Of a stretch of DNA of 48,073 nt, positions 47,403-48,073 are shown in pieces (the first letter of the stretch is position 1; each line of letters opens with the position of its first letter). The DNA lies in assembly GCA_051011135.1 (NCBI GenBank), contig JBPCUO010000037.1, forward strand, positions 1-48,073, given 5' to 3'. The DNA is from Bdellovibrionales bacterium (GTDB lineage Bacteria; Bdellovibrionota; Bdellovibrionia; Bdellovibrionales; UBA1609). A program made the position numbers and the translations under genes. The notes beneath the pieces are model-generated. The model was not told where the DNA came from. It ran no database searches and saw only the letters and a program-made list of their open reading frames with translations.

Positions 47403-48073
47403 CTACTGCCTATGAGGATCAAAATAATCTCTCAAAGATTCTCCTAAAAAATTTAAACTCAATAAAAATAAAAATAAAAACAAAGAAGGAAACAAGCTTA
47501 AATGAGGAGCTTCTAAAAGATAATCTCGCCCTGAACTTAAAAGACCTCCCCAAGAGGAAACCTCTAAGGAGCTTCCTAAACCTAAAAAGTTTAATCCTGA
47601 TTCTGCAATTAAAACAGCAACCGCTTGAAACATAGAATGAACGGCTAACAAACCTAGAAGATTAGGCACGATATGCTTCCTTAATTTTAAAAAAAACGAC
47701 GCTCCATAAGATTCAGCGCTTAATACAAATTCTTTTTCTTTAAGATGCTTAACCTCTCCTCGAACTAAACGAGCAAAACCAGCCCAAGTGGAAAAACTTA
47801 AAGCAAAAATCAAATGACCAACTGTTGACCCCATCATTGCTAACAAAGTTAAAGCGAGTAAAAACTTAGGAAAAGACAAAACAATATCTGCCGCTCCCAT
47901 AATAAGAGTTTCTACATAAGATCCAAAAAATCCAGCCAAAACTCCAAGAATTAAACCTAGGCAAAGACTAATAGCCACCACTGTAAAAGTGACCCATAAA
48001 CTCAGCCTTGCTCCATAAATTAATTTTAATAATAAATCTTGCCCGTGCTCATCTAAACCTAGAAGATGTTGCC
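47403..48073 (-). CDS. oligopeptide/dipeptide ABC transporter permease (OppC/DppC-like), 5' end beyond the window
   Basis: The frame stays open to the window edge. The upstream residues ...HLLGLDEHGQDLLLKLIYGARLSLWVTFTVVAISL are the typical DppC/OppC N-terminal block. An EAA-like region lies downstream. Confidence 0.85.
   Translation of the reverse strand, partial: QHLLGLDEHGQDLLLKLIYGARLSLWVTFTVVAISLCLGLILGVLAGFFGSYVETLIMGAADIVLSFPKFLLALTLLAMMGSTVGHLIFALSFSTWAGFARLVRGEVKHLKEKEFVLSAESYGASFFLKLRKHIVPNLLGLLAVHSMFQAVAVLIAESGLNFLGLGSSLEVSSWGGLLSSGRDYLLEAPHLSLFPSLFLFLFLLSLNFLGESLRDYFDPHRQ

Overview
Visibly AT-rich, gene-dense chromosomal window from a Gram-negative bacterium, with about 52 CDS, one frameshifted gene and one tRNA. 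It is overwhelmingly core housekeeping. In order: two type IV pilin-like genes, a small YHYH-like protein and tRNA-CAT. Then the rpsU-yqeY-dnaG-rpoD operon, tadA, cinA/pncC-recA, pilT-recX-alaS, an agmatinase-family gene, mutY and tatA. Next comes a tightly coupled minus-strand gene string: frameshifted polyprenyl synthase, rsmJ, PP2C phosphatase, nth, thiBPQ and a transketolase-like enzyme. A menaquinone cluster follows (menB-menA-menC-menE) with a convergent hotdog thioesterase. After that: rsmE, csrA, a lytic transglycosylase, dnaX-recR plus a degenerate MglA-like GTPase, a short PPTase, rseP-tsaB-rluD, rpsB-tsf-pyrH-frr-uppS and priA. The window ends with an uncharacterised lipoprotein/beta-barrel pair, a TonB-like protein, nagZ and a partial peptide ABC permease. 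The gene content (type IV pilin, PilT, MglA-like protein, AT-richness) fits a Bdellovibrionota/Oligoflexia-like lineage, but that is inference only. I see no CRISPR array, no mobile element, no rRNA and no defence-like gene cluster, so I cannot honestly claim a clear novel multi-gene system. The observations most worth follow-up are: (1) tandem pilin-like genes that both lack a prepilin leader; (2) an A9 slippery run in dnaX placed where a gamma-type truncation would be made; (3) an MglA homologue with degenerate GTPase motifs, translationally coupled to recR; (4) a frameshift in the polyprenyl synthase gene at a homopolymer; (5) a MenE-like ligase without the canonical P-loop; (6) a lipoprotein plus beta-barrel pair of unknown function.
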